Assembly: GCA_964016885.1 (NCBI GenBank)
Contig: OZ024741.1
Coordinates: 97,402,001 to 97,466,000 of the forward strand
DNA from: Eledone cirrhosa
Lineage: Eukaryota
Reading direction: 5' to 3'
Length of the DNA stretch: 64,000 nt
A program made the position numbers and the translations under genes. Below the pieces are notes generated by a model. It was not told the DNA's origin, ran no database searches, and saw only the letters and a list, made by a program, of their open reading frames with translations. Of the stretch, positions 1-13,039 are shown piece after piece. Each line of letters begins with the position of its first letter. The first letter of the stretch is position 1.

Positions 1-1291
1 TATATATATATAAAATTAAGGATACTATTTATGGTTATGTATATACTAAAACTTTTTATAGTTATGTATATTTTAAACCCTAAACAGTGAAGGTCAGTAA
101 TTAACTCCCCTTAATTACACACACACATACTTCTGGATAATAAACCGCTGTAAATTTTCGCAGCAGAATCAACCTATTCTATAAATTTGGATTAAATAAC
201 ACCGAGCCGCAATAAGCTAAAATAATTTAATTTAATGCATCAAACATCCAATACGGAATAATCGTTACTTATGTGATGGATGTAAAAACCATAAATTACT
301 TTTTCTGAACGTGAAAATGGTGGTGGATACGAAAACCATAACTTTCTTTTGCTTCTCCTTTTTATTTTTATTTTTATTTTTCTGCACACATACTTTTTTA
401 TTATATACAAAAAATACCTTACCACTACAACCACGATAATACTCTTACTTACCCGCTTAAAGTACTTGTATTACATGTAACACTCTGCTACACAATAATC
501 ATATATAAATGAGACACACTTGCATGCCCCACGTGTAACTAACGCATACACTAACTACTACATCTGAATAACAAACTATCCTCTTGCATTATCTGTGTTA
601 ACTGCCGAATGTATCTTAATTTTGTTTTAATTTTAATTATGATTTTGATTTTGAATTTGAATTGCTATACAGAAATAGTATATGTCACTCCACTGTTCAT
701 CAATATATATGTGTGTGTCTGTATGTCTCTTGCGTTGGAAAGGAGGTCAATTATGTGTACAAACATTGAAAAATGCTCCGGAGACGCCAAGCCTAGGTTT
801 GGATGAAACACTTTAAGTGAATAAATGCTTTGAACGTAGCTTTGATTCTTGTGATTCTATATATATATATATATTTATAACCAAGAAAATATGCTCACTG
901 TGAACGTCGAGAATATTATGTATTTTATTACATTACTGATGATTCCATTCTTTTCCGCTGTCGACAAAAGTGGAAATATACTTTTACTTGGGACGGTATG
1001 TACCTGGCAAATATAACAGGTGTGGTAAGTGTAAAGATGCAGATATAACATCCAGTTCATTCAAATTTTTTTTCAGGAAATGAATGTTTATGTAGTGATA
1101 AATCAGGCAGTCCAGATGATATCCTCGCCTGTTGAAGAACTACATTTTTATTAGCTCTGTCTCCCCCTCTCTATTTCTCTCTCACTTTATTTCGTTATAC
1201 TTATCCTCTCTCCTGAGATTTAGTGCACTCTCTCTCTTGCTCAGTTTCTTACTAATTCACAATCTCTTTTTCTCTCTCTACATGTCGCATA

Positions 1292-1298
1292 CCCACAA

Positions 1299-1382
<84 letters not shown>
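1292..1382. repeat. (CA)n microsatellite, representative of dozens of (CA)n/(TA)n/(CT)n tracts across the window
   Basis: Pure dinucleotide run seen directly. Such runs generate the [12 protein letters not shown] ORFs in the track. Confidence 0.98.
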
Positions 1383-1384
<2 letters not shown>

Positions 1385-1499
1385 TCTCTTTCTCTCTCCC
1401 TCTCTATATATCTTACACCATGTATTTTATATCTTGAGAAATATAGTTTTTAAAAAAGTTGGTCCGATGTATAAATTAACTTCAATATCATTATACCAT

Positions 1500-1810
1500 T
1501 TATTTGGTTTTGTTAAGGCCGGCAGTAAATATTATTATTGAGAAAAAGAAAATACTTTGTTGGATAATTGATATAGCCGCAATAGGTTATAAAGTCTGTG
1601 AAAAGGAATCATTTGAATGTATTCAGAGCATATTTGAGAAGTTTACTCAATGATGAACATGTAAAAGCTTAAAGTCCCGTTAGTAGTATTGGGTGACTTC
1701 GGGAACAGTAAGAGCAACAATACAGCAATCGAAAGTGAAATATTTAAATTAGGATAAATTGAGTTAATTTTTCACAAAACGTTATTAAAAAAAAGTTATA
1801 TTCTGAGTAT
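1500..1810 (+). mobile_element. Decayed 3' fragment of an R4/Dong-like non-LTR retrotransposon (restriction-like endonuclease region)
   Basis: Manual translation IIIEKKKILCWIIDIA...VCEKE...VPLVV.G resembles the CxIIDIA..KExEK..VPxVxGxLG pattern; stops and frameshifts present. Confidence 0.55.
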
Positions 1811-2352
1811 AGTTGTTGAAATATAAGGGAAATAAAAGTATCTGTAATATATTTTCACATATTTGTAAACTCTATCCTTCCACTATATATCCGGCATAAA
1901 GCGTCTTCAGTTGAACGAGGTCATAATAACTGTACATAATTTAGTCACGATGTCAGCAAATTCTGGAAAGGGAATTAATTTTAATCGACTACATTACGTT
2001 ACAGTTATTGATTTTCTTTACCAACAAAAAATGAAAAATATAGCCAATGTCAATGGAATTTGCACATAATCTAACACATGGATAATTTAAAATATTAATA
2101 AAACATAGAAACGCCATTATGCAATTTCACACAAATCTCCGTTTCAGCCATTTTAAATAGTATTATAGAAACAGAGACGGCATATTGAATATGATGGAGT
2201 ATTAATACTACTCATACTATATATCGTTTGTTCTATATCCCTAAATCTCTTCTTAAGAATGTAACTGATTACCTTTGTATTGGGTTTCATTTATTACATA
2301 TATAAACATACACAATTACATTTATATAGAGATTTCCTTTGGCATAATAATG

Positions 2353-2432
<80 letters not shown>

Positions 2433-2456
2433 TTATATATATATATATATATATAT

Positions 2457-2660
2457 AGTAATAATAATAATAAATGTAAAGACTAAAATCCCAAAAGGGC
2501 TCGATAAGGATAAATATATATAAAATATATAAGAACCCTAGAGCAAATATTTATTAAAATAACAGATTAAAGTTTAAGCAAAGAATCGCTGCTTTCAGAA
2601 GATCCCGTTAATGATGAAATCAGCGATTCTTTGCTTAAACTTTAATCTGTTATTTTAATA
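2457..2660. mobile_element. Family A short element with terminal fold-back (arms 2552-2591 / 2621-2660), between (TA)n tracts
   Basis: 40-bp inverted arms TATTAAAATAACAGATTAAAGTTTAAGCAAAGAATCGCTG. The centre holds a degenerate hammerhead-like GAAGA-TCCCGTTAA..-GAAA. Related sequence at 22816-22925, 34031-34134 and 36650-36910. Confidence 0.75.
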
Positions 2661-2669
2661 TATATATAC

Positions 2670-3109
2670 ACTAGACCTGAAAAATGTGCAAGCTGAAAAG
2701 AGCCACAGAATGTTATAATAAACCTTCAAAAGTGTGGGACTAGAGTTGTTGCTAAAAAATATTGTAATCATTATCCATTCTGTGGCATCCTTTTATAAAA
2801 AAAGAGACTCATAACAAACTCAAGACGACACGATCATTATTTAAGCTAATGTTCAATATCTCATATTAGATGTTTTGTAATGATTAATATGAAATGCACT
2901 TAAACCGAATTCTATATTATAAATTCACTTAAATAATTATCGTGTCGTCTTGCGTTCGTTATGAGTCTCTTTTTAATAAAAGGATACCACAGAGTGTACG
3001 ATAGATAATGTTTACAATATGTTTGAGCAACAACTCTAGTCCCACATGTTTGAAGGTTTATTATAACATTCTGTGGCTCTTTTGAGCTTGCACATTTTTC
3101 AGGTCTAGT
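2670..3109. repeat. Long imperfect inverted repeat (arms 2670-2845 / 2928-3109), MITE-like or fold-back
   Basis: ACTAGACCTGAAAAATGTGCAAGCT... is the reverse complement of ...AGCTTGCACATTTTTCAGGTCTAGT; ~80-bp spacer. Confidence 0.85.
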
Positions 3110-3881
3110 TTAATATTTTTTAAGGCAACGCTTGTAATAACTCTAGTTAAACATGATATATATTAATAATAAATTATCGTTGTAATGTAATATCATTATA
3201 TAATTATATAATTGTAATGTAATATAATTATATAATTATATAATTGTTATTTTATAAATGATCTTATAAATATTATTGTAAGATGTATAAAAATATTTTC
3301 AGACTTTTAATATAAACAACTACAAAAAACAAATCAATATTAAGTAAATATATTTCATATAATAATTGTTATAGTTGACTTAATAAAAATTAAATATTAC
3401 ATATAAATAGTCTAACATAATAATAGTAAAATAATCTAACATAATAATAATAAAATAATCTAACATAAAAGGAACAATGAAATGGACAAATATACAAGTA
3501 GATATAATACAGCGATATTATCAGCATGTTATAACGAACTGAAAAAAAATAGTCATTATAAATTTAAGGAATCATATATAAATTAACAATATACCTTACC
3601 AAGACGAGAAAAATATGTTTATGATAAAACGACGAAATACAGGAGGAAGATTCGAAAGCGAAACGATAAATAAACGTGCAAACAAAGTGGCAGGTGCTTT
3701 TGAGCAACAATTACTCTCATTGGTTGATTAGAAGAAATTAGCCAATAAGTCAATACATTACAAAAGATGTTTGGCAGGCATCACCACGGCCAGCGAAACC
3801 CCTTGAACCTTTTATTCACAAGCTACGCATATATGTCAGACATGCAGACTTAAAACATATATCTGTTAGTCACTGCGTGTC

Positions 3882-3988
<107 letters not shown>

Positions 3989-4412
3989 GGTTGCAGGCAA
4001 ACACATTTTAAATAAAGTTGGCATAATGAAATACATTTCGCAGAATGTAGCATGCATCAAGAAATTTGGCAATGAGATTTCGCAGTAGCGTGTGTGTGTT
4101 TCTGTGTGTTTGTGAGTGTTTATATTTTGTATGTATTAGTAAGTGTGTTTGTCTTCAAACGTAATTAAATCATATTATATATCACATGTCTTTACATATC
4201 ATAAATTCAGCAGTGAAAATAAAGACAAACACGCATATACGCATGCAATACTACATTCACGTATACAACCAACCCAACTCTTACACATGTTGATATAAGT
4301 TACAAATGTACAATGGACACACACATACACACATGTATATACATATATATATACTTACATATACATATATATATATATATAATGTATACACACACTTATA
4401 CACATAAATAAA

Positions 4413-4472
<60 letters not shown>

Positions 4473-5249
4473 ACTAATATGTGTGTGTGTGTGTAGCTGT
4501 GTAAATATATATCTGTTTATTCAAGTGTTTTGGTTTATGAATCTCAACGATTGAGGTGTGAGAAAAATTATGGCAGACGAGATTAATGGCTAAATAAGTC
4601 TTCATGGATTTTTAATACCTCTCTTCAAAACATTACCTCTAACTTTTTATTTCGTTATCTTATGGCACCATGTCGTTTTGTCACTGACACATCCCACTAC
4701 AACATCGTAAACTCCGTCAATATCTCGGATAACAACTTCACCATCGTCACTATTACTTCCTACAAACCTAGTAGTAACTTCAGTATTATTAGCACTAACG
4801 CCAACCTAACAATAAACATAATTATACCAGCAACAGTGAAGCTTTATTCTATACAAACTCATTTCAACTAATAAAAAAAATATCACCGTCATTGCAATAG
4901 TAGCAAAGAATCTAACTTCACAGAAACAATATCGAAACAAGAAACTGTGTTGGAGCCATTATCACTATCATGGTAAATAACTACTTTATGAGCCAAGTGG
5001 CGTGTTTTTAATCGATCGCTCATCATTCTAATAGATATAAGCAAACCTACCACAAATCAAAATCTATTGTTATAAGAATAGAAGACATTACATAGTGGAA
5101 TCCAAATTAGGTTATGTCAGAGAATATGGCAGGTTTAACGTCTGAAATTCACATTTGATCGTAAGGTTATTCCACCCTGGTAGATAACTTGGTTATGAAA
5201 ATATGCATTATTTTTAGCTTTTAACTCTCTATCACCGATTCTTTCAAGA

Positions 5250-6050
5250 TGTTATGCATTCTATGTTATCAGGTGCTTTTGAAACAAAGTGTAACAGATT
5301 GATAATGGAGTTTAGGACAATGCTGTTGGCCATTCTGTTAAGGGCCTACATACATTGGTATCTTCCTGCCCCCTGGTATGCTTGATACGTCAGCGACTGC
5401 AGATGAATGAGAGGACAGGACAAAATTTGCTACATTTGTTTCTTTTCCTGCTAGAATTAACCAAAAGAGCCGCATTAAACTATTCAGCGTTGATATGCAA
5501 TGCGCAGTGCACCTTTACTAGCAGCTTCGCACGAATTTGGTTGAGAAATACTCTCCCTAATAGGGTTGCTAAGACACTGGTGCCTCCGCCGGAGTTAGCC
5601 CCTTGAAGACACAACAATGAGGTTATGCTAAGAGCCCTGTTACCAATGTGGAGATTTACAACTGTGTATCTCCTGCTTGTCATATCTGCACACGTCACCA
5701 CTTCTCAATCGCCATAGGACTTTCAGCTCATAAAGTGACAGACGCGAAGATCATAAAAGACATTTGTACATCTTTGGATTATAGTTGCAAACGCCTGTAT
5801 TACAGGAGTACCACTCTCTAAGTTTTAGTGGTTATTGTCTGGTGACAAGCCTTAGCCAAGTGACCAGTAATCACATCAAGCACAGGATTTTTTCAAAGTT
5901 TTCTCTCTTAGAAGGATACTGTAACAACAGCTAGGGTTCCTTTACTCCAAATGGATTCTCTTCTCTTACCATCTGTGACCACTACATCTGTCGATAAGCT
6001 GCAGCAGGTTGTTGCTTTATTTCTATATCCGTAAATCAGGGTCTCCGCCA
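5250..6050 (-). mobile_element. Possible decayed BEL/Pao-type LTR retrotransposon gag/protease remnant
   Basis: Minus-strand frameshifted KRENFEKILCL..GHLAKAC (zinc-knuckle-like) and NGPTAL.TPL-like segments; higher GC than the flanks. Confidence 0.3.
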
Positions 6051-7089
6051 GGTGCAAATAATTATTGAATGTTAAATGCTAAATAGATATATACAGTAAA
6101 GGTTTAAGATTTAACGTTTTAAAGCTTAACAGATGCATACACACATGCACGCTCGCAAAAAAATCCCACATCCACCTACAGAATATATACATATGTAAAC
6201 ACTGCTGTATAGTCTTTGATTCTAACGTGTTTCTCCGCGCTTTGTCAGGGCTTTTCTCATCTCGCAGGGTGAACAACCACCCTCTCCCCAAGCAAGCTTT
6301 GGTGGGATTGCTGGTTTAGTGGTAAACGACCCAACCATGTGACAGGTTGTACTGAGCTACATATTACCATAGTATTCAGCAGCAATCTGACATAATACAT
6401 GCATATATACAATTACACATGAATTATATACATATTATTTTAACTTTAATTTAAATTTATTTATTCTCTAATTACCTTTTTATTAACATTTATTTACTGT
6501 TTTTTTTTAAGCCTTCATTTGCTTTCCTCTAATCATCTACATTAACATCTGATATATATCTCACAATATTTCGCATATACCTTCACTTCCTTGCTTCATT
6601 ACAAAACTTCCTTTCGGGTATTTAAGAAAAGCATGTATTAGAAAGATAACATTAAACCTAACATATAACCGAGAAAGAAATAAAATATGAAAACACTTAA
6701 ACCACATTCCTACGCAAACATACAAAAGTGCGAACATATTCGCATATAAAGAACACGTTAAATACTCCTGTCGTACACTGTGAAAACAACGATTGCGCAC
6801 GGGGCTATTTTGCCTATGTGGCTTCATCTCAAGCTAAAGATATTCTCTAATGACACGGACCACTGAACATTGATTATGTTGCTTTAACTCCGTTAAATAA
6901 AATGAAAACAAAATTATTAGAAAAAATGATAACAATGGAAAAGTATCATCTTTTTATTTCTCTTCCGTTTCCACCGATCAAACATTTTCCGTTATACTGC
7001 TCCCTGTGTGATATTTCTGTTTATAGGCTTACATAGTTGCACGTACATATTTTCACACATATTTACACACACACACACACCCAAACCCA

Positions 7090-7165
<76 letters not shown>

Positions 7166-7716
7166 TATATAAAGAGAGAGAGAGAGAGCGAGAAATGGAT
7201 AAATAAACATATGCAAATATATAAACATATAAAAATACATAAATGTTAGTGTTCATATTTACATATACATATGTGTGAGTGTGTTTGGGTGCGTGTTTGT
7301 ATGTGTGTGTGTGCGTGCGTATATGTGTGCGTGTGTGTGTATGAGTGTGCGTGTTTATGTTTTGGTTATCATACCCATCCAAGCAAGCATCCCTACTCTC
7401 TCAAGAGTCCAATATCTGATGAATCACAGAAGTCGAACGTGTGAAGTTCATGTCTCCCTGACAGACCTGGCGTTTCCTCACCGTAAACGTGTGTCAAATT
7501 TGATATTAATGTATGTTGATACATCCTCTATTGGGTCAATGGAAGCGTATCTAAGCGGTTATAGGAACGTTACTTAATACGCTAACACATGTACATAAAT
7601 CCATAAATCTATACACAAATTAGCGCGTATTTTGCTAAGCAATCATGGTATGCATGCATAAGTTAATATTGCCTCAAGATTGCACATTAAACGATTAGGA
7701 TCAGTTGTTGAACTAG

Positions 7717-7818
<102 letters not shown>

Positions 7819-7893
7819 TTAAGCCAACAATATATGTGTGTGTATATATGTGTGCGTATGTATGGGTGCATAAATGTGTGTGTTAGTTTGTTT

Positions 7894-7932
<39 letters not shown>

Positions 7933-8260
7933 CTTGAGTCATAATTTTTCAAAGAAACTAAATCCATATAGGCCCATCACTTTCCTTCGCTTTCTCTGTC
8001 TCTCTTTATCGTTTGGACTATCTATCTATGCCTCTATATATTGCCTTTTTTTGTCTATTTCTCAGTGTTCATATTGTTCTTGCTTGCTCTTTTTTTCTAT
8101 AACCACAACCATCTCTTTATTTTAATCTATATGCAACAGATGAACATATGCGTTGTTTACACGTTTTTTCTTAAATTACAGTTGCATAAATATTATGCAT
8201 GCATATTCTGCACGTTATTTTATACATTAATAATTTGTTTGCTATTTATTTTCTTTATAG

Positions 8261-8710
8261 GCAGGCAGAAAGTTCTTTGTTTTGTTTCAAGTGGAATAAG
8301 ACCCATTGAATAATGTAGTTTTACGCCAACCCTAAAACACCGGTATAATTATGGATTCTTTGTCTCGATATTTAGTTTTTTTAATTTGAACCAACTTCTA
8401 CTAAATAGGTACCGAACTAACGATGAACAACCAGAGAAAACAAGAATATCTTTACACGTTCTATTTACATCTACTAATTGCCACACTTTTAAAAGGGGAA
8501 TAGGCGCATTATTATATGTAATCACAACCACAATGGCTCTGAACCTAACATGCGATGTTCAATCCTGGACTCCATCGAGGTTGTGTCCTGATGTTTGATT
8601 TTGTCTAAACAACGAGAGCAAATTACCCACGAAAAAATCTGCAATTAAATCCCCTAACGATCACTGATTTGCAGTGAATTCAGAATCCATTGATTTTATT
8701 GTCAACGAGT
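8261..8710 (+). pseudogene. Possible N-terminal (LRRNT) remnant of TLR-like pseudogene 1
   Basis: Polypyrimidine-AG acceptor-like site ending at 8260; frame reads LCPDV*FCLNN, a CPxxCxC cap with one Cys changed to a stop. Confidence 0.3.
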
Positions 8711-8936
8711 ATTATAATAATACGCTTTTTATGGATTATAGGCAACATATTTAACACGCCCTATAAATTCAACATTTAAAATAAGATATTATTTGCATAA
8801 ATAATGTACCAGCAGTGTACTTAAATGTGACTGTCTATTATATATATATATTTCATAAATAAATTATGAATGAATTCGAAAGGAAGCTAGATGTGGTTTA
8901 GCAAACCTTTCTACATATTCACACAACATTAATGTC

Positions 8937-9125
8937 TGTGGATTGGCAGTATCGGTAGAGGTTCGGACGCCATGCTTTGACGCATATAGTTACGGCCCTT
9001 GCCATTCTGAGTTCAAATCCCGCCGAGGTTAACTTTGCCTTTCATCCTTACGGGGTCGATAAAATAAAGTACCAGTAATGTACTGGGTAATTTTCTGGCC
9101 TTGTGCCAATAGTAGAAACAATTAA
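8937..9125 (+). mobile_element. tRNA-derived SINE with MetaSINE-like core
   Basis: A-box-like TGGCAGTATCGG, B-box GAGTTCAAATCC, core GCCTTTCATCCTTACGGGGTCGATAAAATAAAGTACCAG; many copies in the window. Confidence 0.85.
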
Positions 9126-9908
9126 TGTCTACATATCTTGTTGGCAAATTCTCCCCTTTGGAATATATATTTTGTATGTCTTTAACATTATATCATCATC
9201 ATCATCATCATTATCATATATATATATATATAAATATACACAAATATCATTTCAGCGAGATCGGATTTCGGCTGTGGTCGAAAACAAAGCGAAACGCAAT
9301 ACCCACGTTATGCTAGCAAGCGTTCCATGGACCTAATAAAGACCAGAGCAATACACATAGGTTATAAAGGCCAAACAAACTGAGATGGCGGTCAAGAACC
9401 TATCAACCACCTAAGCCAAAAAGACAAGGCAAGCCAAACAGGTCAAACAAATATATATATATATATACATACATACATTGACAATTACATATACATGTTG
9501 TACTTCAAAAGCATAAGGATGTGACTGTAACAATTGAAACAAAATTACACAGGTAAAGTTGAGAATACGGAAATGATAACTTTGAAATAAAAAAAAAATA
9601 TATAATTGTTTATAGTATAAAAATATTAACACAAGAACAAACAACCTATTTAAAAAAAGACTTAAACTCAAAAAGGAAGGTAGTGAAGACATAAAGTAAT
9701 GAGTATATACATGAGTAAGCGAAAATCAAATGCTCTGCAAAATGCAAACCAGTGTCATAAATCATTAGTGAATATTTATAAAGTATTAAACAAACAACCA
9801 TTAGTACAATGCAAACAAAAGTTAACATCTTTGTAAACACATAACGCATCAGAGCAAGCAATCACGCAGAAGCTTATATCAACGATTAGACAGGTAAGGT
9901 TATTATTA

Positions 9909-10100
9909 TGTAGATTGGCAGTATCGGTAGAGGGTCAGACGCCATGCTTTGCAGCATAGAGGTAGAGTCCCTTACGGCCTGACATCAAATCCCGCCGGGG
10001 TAAACTTTGCCCTACATCCTTACGGGCTTGACAAAATAAAGCACCAGCTAGGCACTGGGGTAATTGCTGGCCTTGTGCCAAAAGTTGAAACAATTATTTT
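9909..10100 (+). mobile_element. SINE copy (same family)
   Basis: Aligns by eye to 8937-9125. Confidence 0.85.
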
Positions 10101-10132
10101 ATAGAAACACAATTTTGATATCCTTGGGCAAT

Positions 10133-10165
<33 letters not shown>

Positions 10166-10170
10166 ATATA

Positions 10171-11165
10171 TAAAGGGAAAAAATGAAACTAAATTTCATT
10201 TCTCACTCTTAGAACGGCTGTTACTTAAATATAAGTTTGTATACGTACATACATATATGTATACAGACGTACAGTAGTATGTATATATATATATATACAT
10301 ACATGCACACATATATATATATGTACGTATGGATTCACCGAACATTTATTATAATGCTCGGTGTGTTTGTAAACAAACATCCCGAATTAAGCCGTACAGT
10401 GTCTAGCAACCATCGTTGCTCATTTGTACAACACTGACAAAGGAACGCTGTACCAGTTTCAAGCTTATTATCTTATCGTCAGCAACGTATAACTTCCTGC
10501 CAGATGGTTGAACGTCTGAAAGTATTTACTTTCCTTATGCATATTAACGGCTGAGCAGCCTAATTTGCATATCGAGTGAGTTAATCGGCCGGGGTACCGA
10601 AAACACACCGAGCATTATAATAAATGTTCCGTGAAACCATACGTACATATATATATATGTGTACATGTATGTATATATATATACATACTACTATATGTCT
10701 GTATACATATATGTATGTACGTATACATACTTATATTTAAGTAACAGCCGTACTAAGAGTGAGAAATGAAATTTCGTTTCATTTTTTCCTTTTATCGTTT
10801 TCGGTACCCCGGCCGATTAACTCACTCGATATACAAATTAGCCTGCTCAGCGGTTAATATGCAAAGGAAAGTAAATAATTTCAGACGTTCAACCATCTGG
10901 CAGGAAGGTATACGTTGCTGACGATAGCTAATAAGCTTGAAACTAGTACAGTGTTCCTTTGTCAGTGTTGAACAAATGATCAACGGTGGTTGCTAAATAT
11001 TGTAAGGCTTAATTCGGGATGTTTGTTTACAAACACACCGAGCATTATAATAAATGTTCGGTGAATCCATACGTACATATATATGTGTGCATGTATTTAT
11101 ATATATATATACATACTACTGTACGTCTGTATACATATATGCATGTACGTATACATACTTATATA
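10171..11165. mobile_element. Family B hammerhead-bearing repeat (~430-bp unit): one copy plus ~1.3 inverted, circularly permuted copies
   Basis: 10171-10604 is the reverse complement of sequence in 10601-11165. The right part repeats AAACACACCG at 10601 and 11031. The junction shares AAAC microhomology. Confidence 0.85.
10913..10953 (+). ncRNA. Minimal type I hammerhead ribozyme (family B); mirror copy 10446-10487 on minus
   Basis: CGTTG-CTGACGA-T-AGC TAATAA GCT-T-GAAA-CTAG-TA|CAGTG; stem III palindrome ACTAGT; GUA cleavage triplet. Confidence 0.85.
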
Positions 11166-11289
11166 TATATACATATATATATATATATACATGTGTGTAT
11201 GTGTGTGTTTATGTGTGTGTGTGCGTGTGTGTGCGTGTGTGTGGGCACGCGTGTGTGTGTGTGTGTATAAACGTGTATCTGGTACCACC

Positions 11290-11600
11290 AGCCTCAGAGC
11301 GACGGGCCACTATGCTCTTCCATCATTCCCTCTCTGGGAAGGTTTGATGACAAGACTCAGCCGTGTGGCTTTGGTTCTTCAAAGCCCCTCATTGTTGGTT
11401 ATCTTGTTTTGTCCAGGATCTTTCGGAGGCATCTTTGTTGGAAAGTATCATGCTGTTCTTTAGTTATGACGATATTCTTCAATATGCCAAATGCATATGT
11501 TACTATTGACTTAATACTTGACCAGAATAAATTCTATTTCTTTTTTGATGTTAGGTTCTTTGATTGCCATATTGATTGTGGTTCGTTGAAGACTACCCTT
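11290..11600 (-). mobile_element. RTE-like LINE fragment (post-RT thumb region)
   Basis: Minus translation FNEPQSIWQSKNL...SIVTYA...FQQRCLRKIL matches the IWxSxxL...F...CLRxIL pattern. Confidence 0.65.
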
Positions 11601-12188
11601 GAAATATATATAATAGAATAATTATGGTCTTATAAATATAGTTTCCATTTATTTAATATCATTGAATATTTACTCCGGAAATCTGTCGGGTGCTTTGAAT
11701 CAGATAACTGATATATATATATATTGTGTGTGTGACTTTGTCTAATTTATATATATATACCCTTTGAATTTAATATATACTCCCGTAAGGTTTAGTAAAA
11801 CTTTAGGCATTATTCGGCTATGATTTCTTGCAACAATCCTACTCGCCGACAGGCACCAATCACAAACTTTATACCTTGAGCACTGGCCACGTGATGGTTC
11901 TTAACTATTTTGGTAACATTTATGTGCATGTTTTCTTCTAACTTCAATTTTGTAACTAATTCCGTCTAGTTAACTATTTGTCTAGTCAATTTCTACAGGC
12001 TAGGAGAAATACTAGGTAAGTGTCATATAGCTGTACATCGCGGAAAAGAATATGTATCATTTATCTATTATTTCTTCATAAGTACATATTAAACTTATAG
12101 CCTCGTTTAAAGGATTTTTTGTGTGGTTAATTTATACTGATTGGGAGAGAAAATGCTGTATATACTTTCTCTAATGATTCTTTGGACT

Positions 12189-12264
<76 letters not shown>

Positions 12265-12274
12265 TCTTTGGACT

Positions 12275-12318
<44 letters not shown>

Positions 12319-12824
12319 GCCAATCATTGTAAATTTGAATCAGACATACAAAAAGATATATATATATATGAATTAAATAAGCCCAAATCATAGTAAATTC
12401 AAATATCACAAAAAGAAGGAAAGAAAGCGGTGGGGGGAATGATTTGCATCAGAAATGAAACATGGATTACAGGTTAAAATATAGTCTAGTTAGACGTGAA
12501 ACAAAACGAGGATGTAGTTTATGGAACACTCAAATGATTTAGAAGTCGACCTTAAGTAGGAACAAAGAACATTAAGGAAGACATGAACGGTACTTTGCTT
12601 TGAAAATTTGGAAAGTAGGTTTAAAAGTATGAATTTTCATAAGAATTTAGTAGTTGTCACTGTCGCGTAGCGGCAAGTACTAGAGACGTTGGTGATCCTT
12701 GGGTTCAAACTTGTTCAAGAAGTGCATGTAAACTTTTTCAGTTTTTATTTTACAACCCATAGAACAAAACTGAGAGGGTTTACTGGAAACCCTACTCCCG
12801 ACCAGAATCGAACTTCAGAACATG

Positions 12825-12882
<58 letters not shown>

Positions 12883-12887
<5 letters not shown>

Positions 12888-12925
12888 AGAACTGATTCAT
12901 TCGGTAGAAATCATCAGGAAGCCCG
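12883..12925 (-). ncRNA. Degenerate family C hammerhead next to (TA)n
   Basis: Minus strand GCTTC-CTGATGA-TTTC TACC GAAT-GAATCAGTTC; homologous to 37005-37059. Confidence 0.55.
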
Positions 12926-13039
12926 GATTTCTGCATCTTTTATATCTACATAGTTAATTCATTTGGCCATCAATGTTTATCTCTGAATGACAAACGGTCA
13001 AAAATACAAATATAAATATATATATATAGTCTAGCAATT

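Noticed and set aside
880-1130. Possible small exons (GTAAGT donor at ~1025, acceptor at ~1077) and a CTGATGA at ~937
   Set aside because: The implied intron is only ~50 nt, frames stop quickly, no domain is recognised, and no proper GAAA/stem III follows the CTGATGA.
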